From positions 14,258 to 78,257 of the forward strand of contig NW_021833261.1 of NCBI RefSeq assembly GCF_006345805.1: a DNA stretch of 64,000 nt, read 5' to 3'. This document shows positions 40,041 to 53,450 of this stretch, piece after piece. Position 1 is the first letter of the stretch. Each line of letters begins with the position of its first letter. The notes beneath the pieces are model-generated. The model had not been told where the DNA came from. It saw only the letters and a list, made by a program, of their open reading frames with translations, and did not search any database. The translations under genes were made by a program, and so were the position numbers. This DNA comes from Octopus sinensis (lineage: Eukaryota).

Positions 40041-40383
40041 ATATGCGCATACATGTATTTAGGTATGTATGTGTATGTATGTCCGTCTGTATGTATGCAT
40101 GCGAGTATATATGTATGTATTCGTATGTATGTATGTTTGTATATGTTTGTGTATGTGTGTGCAGATTTGTATATTTTATGTATGTATTCTCATGCATATA
40201 GCTGCATATCTATACATGCTCATATATGTTTAAATGATAAATTTCTGGCCAGTTTTACAGATTTTTACAGTTCCAGTGATGAACTGGATCTGTTGTCTCT
40301 CCATTAGCTTTCTCCTTTCTGGTTTTGAGAAGCCTAATTTCTGCTAATTGCTATTTAGGCGGTGTGTTACATATCTTGCATAA

Positions 40384-40414
<31 letters not shown>

Positions 40415-41339
40415 TGTATGTATGTATGTATGTATGTATGTATGTATGTATGTATAATAATTCCATTCATATTTAGGGTTCTTTGAAGGAATACTAAACT
40501 GACTTGGAGGAAGAATGAAAGGTGAATCTAATTTGAGTGCGAAAAGAACTTAGGATGGTAAGCTTCGCGACTAAATACCGGATGCAATTTTGTCACGTTT
40601 TATTGATTCTTCCAATCGTCGACTTATATCGAACATCTTTCCCTCGAAATCATTAAACTGAAATACGATCGTTAGAAGAGAAGGAAAATCCCTTCCAATT
40701 TGCATGTTAACACGACATAAGCCAATAGATTTATTTTTATATTCGTTTTAAGTCTAAGGATTTCCAGCGTTGACTCAAGGACACGTATTTGTATATCGGA
40801 AAGTGAAAGTGAAAGTGTTTCAAACACCGTAGTAACAGAGGAGTTTGTCAGATGGTTCAGTGACAAAAACCAGTTGAATAAGGTTTAGCAGATAACAAAT
40901 GAATACAAACATGTTCATACAGGCTACACTCAGAAATAAAAACTGTGAATACAGAATATGGTTTCAAATAATTAAATGTCTGCTTGAGAAGCAGTAAAAT
41001 CAATGACGGAATCGATATAATGTTGATGAAAAAGTACAGAACAAGTTTTTTACAGCTGGGAAAAGCGCGGGACAAGCATATTTGTATTTAAAATATTGCA
41101 GCTGAAATTAAAATTTTAAAATACTTAGATTTATAAAAACTGAAAATAATAGCTTTTATTAGCTACTCTATAATTAAAAACTTAACTCAAATAAAAACTG
41201 TTAGCAAAAACTAAAACAATTTTTATAGCCCCATTAAAAAGGATTTTTTTTCAATTATAAGTATTTAAGAACTTCAATAAGTTTTTAAATAGTTTTCAGT
41301 TAAAATTCCTATTTTGCTCATCTTTTTGATAAAAAGTGT

Positions 41340-41770
41340 CACACTGCAATTCACTGATAAAAATATCATAAGGATGGTCTTTTGGAAATTTCAAAAAAGT
41401 CTACGGTATGGTTGTCGCAGTGTCTCGAAATAAAGCGAAGGAGAATGCAAGAAACCTGTGCAATGGCACTACCAGAAGAAACAGAGGCACGGAAAAATGT
41501 GTACCAATTGAGAACAAAGAAAAGCCGTGCAATGGAAACACCACAAGAAACAGAAACACGGACAAATACTGATCGGCTGAAGAAACAGGACTCCAGGGAA
41601 AACACGACGCTGCCACAAATTCAGCAGCGACAAGCAAACAAACAACTAGGTACGATAGCAATGGAGAGTTGGTCAGCAAAGAACTGGCAATGAGAGAATG
41701 GCTACGGAAGATGATGTGGCAGATTTTCATGAGAAAGAACGAAACCCAAGCCTTATGTTGCACTATCCAT
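41340..41770 (+). mobile_element. Probable 5' fragment of another RLE LINE
   Basis: Weak similarity to the N-terminal W..E..L..C motif of the other R4-like elements. Confidence 0.35.
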
Positions 41771-44575
41771 CCCGATATCATCACTTCAGCCTGCTCAATC
41801 TGATGGGTATCTAAGAGATCAGCAGTGAATTTTTTGCTCTCTTTGAGAATAGAGTGATGTTTTTTTGGTCTTTCATGTTTTTTCAACAAGTTTTAGCATC
41901 CAATCGTTGGTTGCTTCGAGGTATTTGGCCAGTCCGATTGTGGTGGTTTTGTATGTAAGTTCAAGCTGGATCAAACCTCGACCTCCCTGAGCTCTGGGAA
42001 GGTAAAGGCGATCTTATTGGTGCATCTTATTGCAAGTCAGTAGCTTGCAGATTTTTCTGTCAATTTTCATTATTTCACTGGTATTCCAGTTAAGCATATG
42101 GAAACTATAAAGAACAACTGGTACTGCTAAGGAATTTATGGCTAACACCTAATTATATGCATTCAGCTCAGACTTCAGGACTGCTCGAACTCTTCTATAA
42201 CATACTTTCCTAACCTTCTCTTTCATGCTTGTATGCTGGATACTAGAGCCTTCATTTATTCCTAGGTATTTATAGATTTGTTCCTGCTCAAGTTCCTTTA
42301 TTACTATTTCGACATCTAATTCAATTGAACTAGACTTTACCAATTTCCCTTTCTTAAAACTGGCTTTGGCACACTTTTCAAGGCCGAACTCCATTCCGAT
42401 ATCATCACTGAATCCTTTCACAGTATTGTAATAATCCTTCAAGCTCTTCATCATCTTTGCCATATAGCTTTAAGTCATCCATATAAAATAGATGGCTTTT
42501 TTTCCTGTTGTCAATTTTGTAGCCATATCCTGTTCTATTCAGTTCACTTGAGAGTGGTATTAGTGCTATGCAGAAAATTAGTGGTGAAAGTGAGTCACCT
42601 TGGAAAATTCCGCAGTTGATGCTAATGTTGTTTGAGTGCAATACTCCATTAGAATGATATAATTGGAGCTTCGTGTTCCATAGTGACATATTATACTTTA
42701 AAATATCTGAAATCACAGGAGAAATTTTGAAAATGTTCAGTGATTTCAGAATCCACGAATGTGGTATTGTCAAAGGCTTTTTTATAATCAATCCATGAAG
42801 AGCTGAGATTTCTGCGCTTGTTATGGCAGTTCTCAAGTATCATGCGATTAATTAGGAGCTGATCTTTGCATCCGTATGAGCCTCCTCGGCATCCTTTTTG
42901 TTCAGTGGGAAAGAGGTTATTCTCTACCATAAACGTATATGTTTTCTCTACTAGAATAGATGTCAAAATCTTACAGGTAGTAGATAAACATGTTATAGGC
43001 CGGTGGTTTTTTGGGTCTTTCGTTTTGTTATTTTGGGGGAGGAGGTAAGTAATACCATTTACCATCCAATGTGGTGTTTTTTCCGGGTCTTTCATGATAC
43101 TATTAAATAGTATTACTAACATTTTGTGTGCGGACGAGAGTGATGAGAGCCAGAAATTTGGTAGTCTATCAATACCAGGGGATTTCCACTTATGAGCCTT
43201 CGTTAGTGCCCTCCTTATGTCGGCGATTGAGATGTCTTCCCATACCTGTTCTTGTAGATTTTTTTAGGCATCTTGGGTGCGTTTGATCCACTCTGCATTT
43301 TCATTGTATGGTTTCTCATCACTCCAGATCCCCTTCCAAAGGTTTTCAATTTCTTCCATTAGGGGTGAATTTTCAATGGTTACTTTTTCGTTCCTTATTT
43401 CCCTGTAAAATGATTTGGCATTGGATTTGAACATATTTTGTTTGTAGAATTTGATTCTTTTCTCAAATCTGCGTATTCTCTGAGCTTTTGCTTGAACTTT
43501 TTGTTTAAGTGTTTCTTTCGCTGACATTAGTTCTTCTCTTGTTGAGTGTCCATATTTTCTCACAATCTTCCTGCCTTTTCTTGATCTTACATCATTTACA
43601 GAGATTAGCTCAGTTAATATTGATATCTCCCTTCGCAATGATTCAATTTCAGTTTCAATTCTACTCCTCCAGTTTGATTTTCTTTTCGAATTTGGTATTA
43701 TTGGCTTTTGGGGTATTAAACAACGTCTTTCGATTACCTTAGCGACAGAGTAAATAATTTCATTGAATTTATTAAGATCGGGTTTTAGTTGTTGTATGAT
43801 TTCTTGTGTAACGCAGTTGCCAATTTTTATTTGTGTTTTATGTTGGTGTGCATTTGAGAGTTTATGGAGTGGTTCCCTATCATTCATAGTTGCATGGCCT
43901 ACAACTGCAAGCTCATTCAGAACTTCTTGCTTCATTTCAATGATAGATTTTCTGTGTTGTTCAACAAATATGTGGTCTTCAAATTCTGTTTCGACATCAT
44001 TTTCCGGGCTGTTTTTCTAGGGTCATTATATTTTCCTTCTTCTTCAGGATCTTGAGTCGTTTCGGCAGATGGTCGCCTTTCAGTCAATGCTTGTGGCCCA
44101 ACATGCCTCTTCTCAGCTTCGTTATTTCTTTCCTGACTTACATTTAAGTCATTCTCTACCACGTTTTTAATAGAGGTTAATTCTGCATCTGTGAGTCTGG
44201 CATTTCTGAAGATATCTCTTCTAACATTTGCTAATCTGTTTTCATCCAGGTTTGGTCTGCTAGCTGGATTCCGGCTCTTCCAAATTCTGTAGGAGTTTGC
44301 GGTGTGTTTTTCTTCGGTTGGCCTGCTTAATGCAAAGTAATAAGCATATGTTACTTCTTTATATTCTTCCCGGTTCCATTTAGTTCTTTTACTTTTTTGA
44401 TTTTCTGGTCGTTGTGGTGGTGAACTTTAGGGGCTTAATTTGGGACAAATCCCGTTTAAGTGACCTTCCAGGTTCAAATTCGGGGAAGATATTCTGCCAT
44501 TTGAAATTTTTTTGCCATCAGGCTGGCAGCTTCCTTTATAACCATTGGACAAGCGATTCGGTGTACTGTTAAAAA
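41770..44575 (-). mobile_element. R4/Dong-like LINE, 3'-truncated and disrupted
   Basis: ORF pieces through PKNHRPITCL, EQKGC, GIFQGDSLSP and YMDDLKL. Confidence 0.9.
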
Positions 44576-44807
44576 TTTTCTTTTCAAGTAAAGTTAAATT
44601 ATTAAGTATTCATTAAAAAAATAAATAAAATAAATAAAATAAAATACGAATAAAAGATTTATTGCTGCTGCTACAACTACTGGGGCTGCTACTGTTGCTA
44701 ATGATGATAAAAGAGGCCCTCTATATGAAAATTAGTGGTTAAATCTTATTACTATCATTATTATTATTATTATTATTATATTATTATTATTATTATTATT
44801 ATTATCC

Positions 44808-45502
44808 TCTCTTTTAGCACCACAATATTATCACAATATTCATGTCTATTAAAGAGTAGAAAATTTATCTATTTATTATTTCTCATTATTCATAAATAAT
44901 AAAACTATACAACGTGAAACAGTTCCACCACCATTACGAAAAACTACAAAAGACAACATTGATTTATCTATTTTCTTCTTCTTACAGGAAGATGTCCTTT
45001 AGATTTTATTGACAAAGCTAGTATACCTTCGAGTACCTTTGATAGCTTGAGTTACTTTACTGACATCAGTTACACGAAATGTCTGCTTCGAAGATCATAG
45101 AACTGCTGAATTGCGTTTTTACAAGGATTGGACTTACACCGAAATAAACAGAGGTAAGGGCGTCATTTTCTTGTTTTTATTTATTTATTTTGTTGGAATT
45201 ATACACAGTCAGTTGGACAAGACTAAGGCACCACCTTCAAAAATGTGTTAGTCTGTTATATTGAGGTCAGGACTTTGATTTACTTGGCTCTATCATTGGT
45301 TAAGTCCAACGTCATATAAAGGTACGGACTCAATACCAAATTAGATAGATAGATAGATAGATATATAGATAGATATATAGATAGATAGATATATAGATAG
45401 ATAGATAGATAGATAGACAGACAGATAGACAGTTAGATAGCTAGGTAGATAGATAGGCTGACTGACAGACAGATTGACAGAGAGACAGACAGACAGACAG
45501 AC

Positions 45503-45559
<57 letters not shown>

Positions 45560-45865
45560 CATACATACATACATACATACATACATACATACATACATAC
45601 ATAGATAAACAGATGCATACATACATACATTCACGGATGCATGCATGCATACATACATACGTAGATACATACATACATACATACATACATACATACTTGC
45701 ATTCATACATATATAGATGCATGCATGCATACATACATAATACATGTACACGCACACACTCATGCGAAGAGTTAACTACTAAATACTCGATGAACAAGAG
45801 GGATAAAGATAGCCCCAAACCTCCATGCTGTGATGAAAAATGTCGGCTCTGTGGAAGATATCAGT
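44808..45865 (+). repeat. Paralogous block of 24477-25410 (exon 4 with intron flanks, microsatellite, LINE piece)
   Basis: Same order of elements; intron sequence next to the exon is nearly identical. Confidence 0.9.
44988..45153 (+). pseudogene. Orphan PAN exon 4' with a frameshifting internal deletion
   Basis: Intact AG/GT sites; 166 nt (not a multiple of 3); three core Cys lost; TAG reached in the entry frame. Confidence 0.85.
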
Positions 45866-46900
45866 CCTAAGCAATGCTGATTTTTGTAGGTGTTCTATAT
45901 TCACACTTGCAGCAGTCTTTTTCAGCCATGTTGGCAGTTCAGTGTTGATATTTCCAAGTGCACCAATTATAATTGCTATCAATTCTCCTCTCTTCATTGG
46001 CCCCAACCTTCGTATTTCTCACTTCAAATGGTCTTCACCTTGATCCTGTTGTCACCGGGCATGCTGTTCCCATTTTTATACATGTTCTTCCATATAAAAA
46101 TTCACCATAACGATGTCTGGTTTCTGATATCTGGTCAGGTGATTTCCATGGATCATTGCATCTGACAGGATTTTGCAATTCTCATTTTCGATGACTCCTT
46201 CAGGCGTTTGCTCAACGTCTTTGCTCTTTGTAGGCCGTGATTTCCACAGAACTCCTAATGGGTTATTCGTGCCACATCGTCATGGCATCTTTTGTATAAG
46301 CGTTGTGTCAATTTTGGGCATATTAGTGCTTCTGTCTCTATCTTCAGGTCACTCCTCCTCATTCATAACCACCGGTCCTCTCTTATATGTCTTGGCGTTC
46401 ACATCTCTTGCAAAATGACCGTACATTTTCTTTACCTTCGATGCTTTTTCTTTTTTCGTTCATTTTTTTGCTTTAAGTTCTCTTTAGTTACACAATTTTC
46501 AGTGTCGATGATGCCATCTTTCCTGTGTTTCAAGAATGGTTTCACAACATTTTGTATATTCCACCCTAGGCTGTTTTTTTTTTCTGCTTCGATACAGTCC
46601 TAGTACCTGATCAAGCCACTCCCACACTTTCTTCGGGACAAGTGTCACTTTTAGGGTGGAAAGCTCTGTGCGCTGTCAAAATGTTTCTGGTCTTGGTATT
46701 CTTCATTTCTCTCCTTTGCCATTTTATAATTCCCACTCCATACCGAAGTGATGCTATCGCCCACGTATCGACTGCTTGGATTTTATTCTATCCAGTCAAT
46801 TTTGAGCGCAACACCAACCTCAGTCGTCTGACATACTAGGGCCCCTAGTCTGTCTATGAAGATAGCTTCCTCATAGACAGACTAGGACCCCAAATTAACA
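45865..46900 (-). mobile_element. Degenerate R4-like LINE fragments (RLE end and 5' region)
   Basis: IIIGALG...LQKSALL end motif; WDYKMAK N-terminal motif. Confidence 0.6.
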
Positions 46901-49353
46901 ACATGCTGGTTATTTTCAGCCAGTATATTATTCAGCTACATCTGGGTGCGTGTATAGCGGTATGGCTACCAAGTTTCTCTTATGTTATATTTTATAGCAT
47001 ATATTTTCTAGTTAGTTTGTTTACAGTTAATGCAACGCTACTTATTATGTTTCCTATTTGGAAATAGATAAAATTATTTAGCTTTTAAAGTAGGGATATA
47101 TAATGATAAGACCGTCACTTATAACTTAAGTGTTATCATTATACGCAGTCCTAACTACAGCTATATAAATGCCGTAGAGAAATATACTTTCTGGAACGCT
47201 AACGAACATTAGCGGGCATGTATATTAAATATATTTTCGTGTTCTTTTGACTGCTATAAAAAGTACAGTTTAATAATTACAGAAATACATTTCATATATA
47301 GTTTAAGAACTTCCTGCATGGATGGTAGTCCAGGGATCATTCTCAAATTATCTTCAGTTCATTTTTTTATCGTCCCAAGTGCTTCTACAATCACTGGTAT
47401 TGTAACCGTCTCGTGATGCCATCTTTGCTCCTACTACTGTGTGGAATTATTAAATATTGTTTAGTTTCGACTTTTGTCTTGTACTTGAGATTATCAAAAA
47501 TATGTGAGGGCTGGAGGTGATTGTAGGAGAAAGAGGAGTAGCTTAGGGGTGGGGCGGATTTTTTTGAATTTTCCTTTCCTTTCTTTTAGGTTTCGCGAGT
47601 CGGACATCTTTACAGAAGTTTCCTCATTTAAACTTGCAGTTTTGATACAACCATTTGGTTTATTTTTGTCTTGTTTTTTCTTAATCTTAAATCTATTATT
47701 CAAGAAGGATATTGTCATTTTAAGAACACAAGTGTTTGGAACTGAATTGGAACTGGTTATATGATAAAGAGCGTGGTTGGATAGCTTAGAAATTCCTCTC
47801 AAAATCGCGTGACCCTAAAACACAGTATTTTCGGCTAGTACATTTTACCATCATCTCAAGTCGACCAAAGCTTTGTAAGTGAAATTACAGAGAAACTGTG
47901 TAGAATCCTGTCCAGTTGGTAACAGTTGTAATTTAAAGGTGAAACCGTGTCGCATTGTCTCAATCTGATTCTATCTGAGAATGTTCTGTGACTTGTACAC
48001 TAATTCAATGAGTAAGTTGTCCTGAGGATCGAATTCATCGTCGAAATCAACGGAGATCCACGTAATCATCATATCAAATGTATTTTCATAATTCTTCTCA
48101 AATTCTTATCGTCAGTTCTATGTTAGTAAGATTTCTACTTTGTAATTAACCTTGTTAATTTCTGAGAGTGTGCAAGAGATCGTGAAATTGTTTAAATTGC
48201 TGATATCATCATTTACCGTTGATTACCAATATGTTAGAATGCTGAACATCCTTTGCTACACTGCTTATAGTGTCCCTTCGTTCGGATCTTCTATTGATTT
48301 CTGTATACGTTCTAAAATCTCGTCAGCTTAATAGGAATTTATCCGACTGATACAGCAACAGAAAAAAGAATAATATTCCTCACGGTCATTAGATGTGTGT
48401 GTGTGTGTGTGTGTGTGTCCACATCCATTTTATTTAGAATTCTCTTTTGAATTTTGTTTGTTTGGAATTATATTTCTCCCAAATTTCGCGACAAAAGTTT
48501 GCAGTAATACTCATACCAAAGCACCTCAAATTCCAGCCCTTAAAAACCGTTCTCTGCCCCTCACTCTATTTTATATACTTCCCCTTTCGCTAATTGACCC
48601 CCACTTCATTTATCGTTACATACATACACGTTGCACACATACACGCCACACACACACGCGCGCGCGCGCGCGACCGCACACAAATTCACACAGGCATACA
48701 CGTGAATACGTGGACGATAATCTTCTCAACAGAAGTGTTACAACCATTTCCGGTTGTTTATATGCGTCAACCCTGTGTATGTCTATTGCTGGTATATTAT
48801 TGTCACGTAATACAGCCTGGAATGAAATGGAGAATAGCGAGGAGACTCCGGAAAGGAGATACAGAAAAGGAGATTAAGGAGAGAAAGACAAAGAGAACAG
48901 AGATCAGATTTCGGTGAGGAACAACTGGAAGCTACACAGAAAGCAGATTGTGGCTATTGGTTAAACCGAAGAGGAAGAACATGCACGCTAAGAAGTAAGG
49001 CCTCTGACGATCGTAAATATTGCTTGTAACAGAGATTGCAGTGCCGGCAGGAGAAGACATAGATTACCAGCTGTCAATGAAATTTCTATATTTTCGAGAC
49101 ATTCCCATGGACAGGCTCCATTCAATAAAGATTTTCGAGTTTATCCACAAAAATAATGATGTGTCACTGATTAATCTAAACGTTTTCAAGTCGAAATTGA
49201 GCCCGAAGACATACTTTGTTTTTCTCCTTTCCGTGAACCAGGATGGCAACAAAAAATGGTAGAACTATTCCATATTTTAGTGATGAGGAATTCTGTACAT
49301 TGGTTATATTATTAGGAAGGATATGTGTCCTCGGGCATATATATATATATATA

Positions 49354-49430
49354 GCCACGGGAATATAGCGTAATGGTTAAGGGCGCGGGCTACTATCCTC
49401 AAGATTCCAAGTTCAATTCCAGGCTGTATA
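49354..49430 (+). other. tRNA-like SINE head followed by (AAT)n
   Basis: TAGCGTAATGG A box and AGTTCAATTCC B box; cloverleaf does not close and there is no acceptor stem. Confidence 0.6.
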
Positions 49431-49509
<79 letters not shown>

Positions 49510-49857
49510 GATATGGCATGCCCTGTTGACAAACTATGCAATAAAGAATAAAGAAATGTCGATAGATATGACAGGTTAACTAGGGAGCTTAAGTAGTTGT
49601 TTTCGATGAAAATGGTGGTAGTAGTACCAGTAATTGTCGGGGTCCTGGGAACAGTGAGTAAAAATCTTGAGAAGTCCATGGAACAAATAGAGGCGGCAAT
49701 AAAGGAGGAGAACTTGCATAAAACAGCACTACTTGGAATTGTTAGAATACTCTGGATGGTGAGTGAAAAATAAGAGGTGTTACCTTAGTTCACTGGTAAT
49801 GAACAGCTAACACCGTAATAGATTTCCAGCGTGAGAAGCTGTGCAAAGACAATAATT

Positions 49858-49893
<36 letters not shown>

Positions 49894-50240
49894 GATATGG
49901 CATGCCCTGTTGACAACTATGCAATAAAGAATAAAGAAATGTCGATAGATATGACAGGTTAACTAGGGAGCTTAAGTAGTTGTTTTCGATGAAAATGGTG
50001 GTAGTAGTACCAGTAATTGTCGGGGTCCTGGGAACAGTGAGTAAAAATCTTGAGAAGTCCATGGAACAAATAGAGGCGGCAATAAAGGAGGAGAACTTGC
50101 ATAAAACAGCACTACTTGGAATTGTTAGAATACTCTGGATGGTGAGTGAAAAATAAGAGGTGTTACCTTAGTTCACTGGTAATGAACAGCTAACACCGTA
50201 ATAGATTTCCAGCGTGAGAAGCTGTGCAAAGACAATAATT

Positions 50241-50241
<1 letters not shown>
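49510..50241 (+). repeat. Two tandem ~350-bp LINE 3' ends separated and flanked by (AAT)n
   Basis: 49510-49858 and 49894-50241 differ by two 1-nt indels; they encode VPVIVGVLG...LHKTALLG..RILW. Confidence 0.9.
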
Positions 50242-50322
<81 letters not shown>

Positions 50323-50599
50323 ATAATAATAATAATAAAACTATAATAATAATAATAACAACAACACCAGCAAAAATACCTGAGGAAGGCTGGAGAGTAA
50401 ATCAACCGAAGCGTTATGGTAATAATAAACAAGATGTGGCCTCATATCCGTCCATGTAAATAATGAATAAATGGTAGGAAATATTCTCAATCGATGGAAC
50501 ATCACATTGTTGCCGCAGAGTAGTCAAACATGAGTAGATCAATCCCATTATTCAAGGGTGGGGGGGGGGGATCTTCCAGCATTGCGCGGTAGACTTCTG

Positions 50600-51085
50600 C
50601 TTACAAGTGGAAGCCAATAACCTGGATTTTATCATGAAACAACAACAAATATTGAACGTGGAACTTTACAAAAGCTCAGATGATCATCTAAATAAGGTTG
50701 CGCATAATACTGGTTTTCGGGCTGGACACACACATACACTTATTCATCCGTCTTCATTCCAAGAATTTCCAAGAAACATGCAAGAATGGTATTACGAGGC
50801 AATGGCTTTAGTAAGGCAACATGGCTCGCCTGATATTTTCATTTTATAACATTTAATCCAATTGACAAGAAATTAAGGATAACTTATTTCATGAACAAAA
50901 TCCCTCAAACAGAACAGATTTTGGAACATAGTGTTTCAAACTGAAAGAAATATAACTTTTGAATGACGTTAAAATAAAACACATTTTCTATAGAGTTGTT
51001 TGCTCGTTTGCTCACCATTGAGTATCGGAAGAAACGATTGCCATGTGGCCATACCTTAGTAATATGATGTGGAAGGATTCCGACC
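50600..51085 (+). mobile_element. Helitron Rep domain fragment
   Basis: PSSF..FPRNMQEWYYEAMALVRQHGSPDIF; downstream IEYRKKRLP.GH.L matches the HUH motif. Confidence 0.8.
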
Positions 51086-53450
51086 ATCCTACCAAGTGAC
51101 TAAAGGTGGGTTGACTCATTGTTATAAAACAAAAGAACTGTGAGCGATTGGTAGTTTGGGTTGGCAAGCAGTTCACTGTGAGCCGTGATTGAGTGCATTG
51201 AATCTCGTGTAACAGTAATAGTAGTGCATCGTGTAAATACTTTATTTGCCCCAGGATATAAAAGTAGCGATGAGTTGTTCGAAGCTTGCGTTGGACGTTT
51301 GAATTTTTTTTTTTAAGGAAACCAAAGAAATAATCGTTTTAGCATGGACGACTTATTGTCCTCTGTGATGCAGTTGCAACAGCAGCAGCAGCGATAACAA
51401 CAGAAACTAAAGCAGAAACTACAGCAGCAACTGCAGCAGCAGAAGCAAGTACAACAGCAACAACAGTGGAGGCGCAATGGCCCAGTGGTTAGGGCAGCAG
51501 GCTCGCTGTCGGAGGATCGCGGTTTCGATTCCCAGACCGGGCGTTGTGTGTGTTTATTGAGCGAAAATACCTAAAGCTTGTACTCTTTCTCTCCAACTTT
51601 CTCTCACTCTTTCTTCCTGTTTCTTATTCCGACTTCCTACGCAACCGCTGAGCCTGGATGTACAATCATCCATCTGTCGATGATTTCTGTGTCAGGGGTT
51701 GACCTGCTTTCTCTTCTGCGGGTCTTACGAATAGCAAAGGACCACGTTTCGGACTTCTCCCACTCTGGGACAAAGACCGCTTGGCTCAACAAACAAACAA
51801 ACAAACAGCAACAACAACAAAACTAACAGTTACTGAAACTAATATTGAAGAATTCCGAAAATACTTCAGGTTCGTTCTCGCCAGACAGCGTAACAAGCTC
51901 AATTGAACAATTTAATTACAATCCAGAAGGGATTATCTTCTCTGCATATTTTCGAAGATACGAGGAAATCTTCAAAGAAGAAAACAAAAGTTGGTGCGAC
52001 GATAAAAAAAAATACAAATGCGTTTAAGAATGCTATCTCTAGCCGAATACGAGAAATATGGTAATTGTTTTCTGCCGAAGAAACCTGGTGATATTTGTTT
52101 CGACGAAGCAATATTTTATCGAAAATTTTCAATGAAAGAAGTTTCCTCTTCAATACTCGCTGGCAATGTTTAAATTGGGTCAGAAACGCTGCTGAAGATT
52201 TCGTCACCTATGTCGGAGAGTTTAACAGAGAGTGTGAGAAATTAAAATTGAATGGGTTGACCCCGGACGTGTTCAAGTGTTTAGTTTTTTGTTCAAAGGT
52301 TTTCTACAAACAACGATGCAGATATACGCTCCCAGATATTGAAAAGTTAGAAAGCAGAAGTATATCAGAGGATTATAAATCTACGACACAACGCAGATAA
52401 ACTTGAAGCAAAAGATTAATCTCATGTTTAAGCGAATCTACCGGTAACAGATAAGAAAAAAGAGAAAAATATATAAAGACCGAAAACATGTTGTGGGTGA
52501 TGTGGTCTACGTTTTAAAAGTAACTGTCCGTTTAAAAATATTAAATGTTTCAAGTGTGGCCGAATAGGTTATAAAAAATCACACTGTAAAACAAAACGTC
52601 GTAAATGGTTCAACAGAAAAATAACGTCAACCGGTTATCGGTGACAAGACATACGAAAGTGCTCCAAAGGAAATTTTTGTACGTAAAAAGTAATAACACA
52701 AACGTAAAGTTACGCTTGGATGCGGACAGCGATATCTCGATAATTAACACAGATACATGATTAAATGAAACTTCAAACATTGCCCGTGGTGTTTCATGCA
52801 AAAAATTATATTTTAAGGGCGAATTTATAAGAGACACTACGTTTCGTTAAAAAACCTTAAAAGCCAAAGTTTTTGTGTTAAATAATACGACAAATTTAAT
52901 CGGAACTGACCGGATGGAATTATTTAGCTTATGGGACCTTCTTACAGATCTTTTCTCCAAGACTGTGAGTGGTTTTATTTCCCATAGCACAATAAGTCGT
53001 TAGTAGAACTGAAAATAATTTTTTTTTAAATTAAACAGTAGCAAGATTTTTTCTAAATTGGATCTCTCTGACGCGTACCTACAAATTAGAGTATACGATG
53101 AATGCTCTAAATACATAACAATTAACACACAGGAAAGACTGTATAAATACAACAGGTTACAATTTGGCTTAAAAGTCACACCAGCGATTTTTCAAGAGAT
53201 TTTGGATGCAATATTAGCGGACTGTGAATTTTTGACTCCATACCTGGATAATATACTCATTAAAAAAACGAATCCAGGGATGAACACGTAGAGCACGTAA
53301 AATATGTACTCGAAAAAATTAGATTATTACGTCCTTAATTGAGTGTATCGATTGGCAGTTCAAGTTGGCAAGCAGTTCACTGTGAGCCGTGATTGAGAGC
53401 GTTGAGACTCAGGTAATAGTAATAGTAGTGAGAAGTTGTTAAATTATATA
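51085..53450 (+). mobile_element. Degenerate, internally deleted Gypsy/Ty3 element (LTR, gag, protease, RT piece, partial LTR)
   Basis: Q-rich gag start at 51344; FSAYFRRYEEIF; LDADSDISII protease-like motif; LDLSDAYLQI; similar termini. Confidence 0.8.
51468..51805 (+). mobile_element. tRNA-derived SINE inserted in the Gypsy gag
   Basis: TGGCCCAGTGG A box, GGTTTCGATTCC B box, (AAAC)n tail; interrupts the poly-Q gag. Confidence 0.8.

Noticed and set aside
40480-41100. hAT transposase C-terminal relic
   Set aside because: Only a vague ESTL..LK resemblance; no TIRs found.
49430-50365. CRISPR-like repeat-spacer array
   Set aside because: The 'spacers' are two near-identical LINE ends and the repeats are microsatellites; eukaryotic context with no cas genes.
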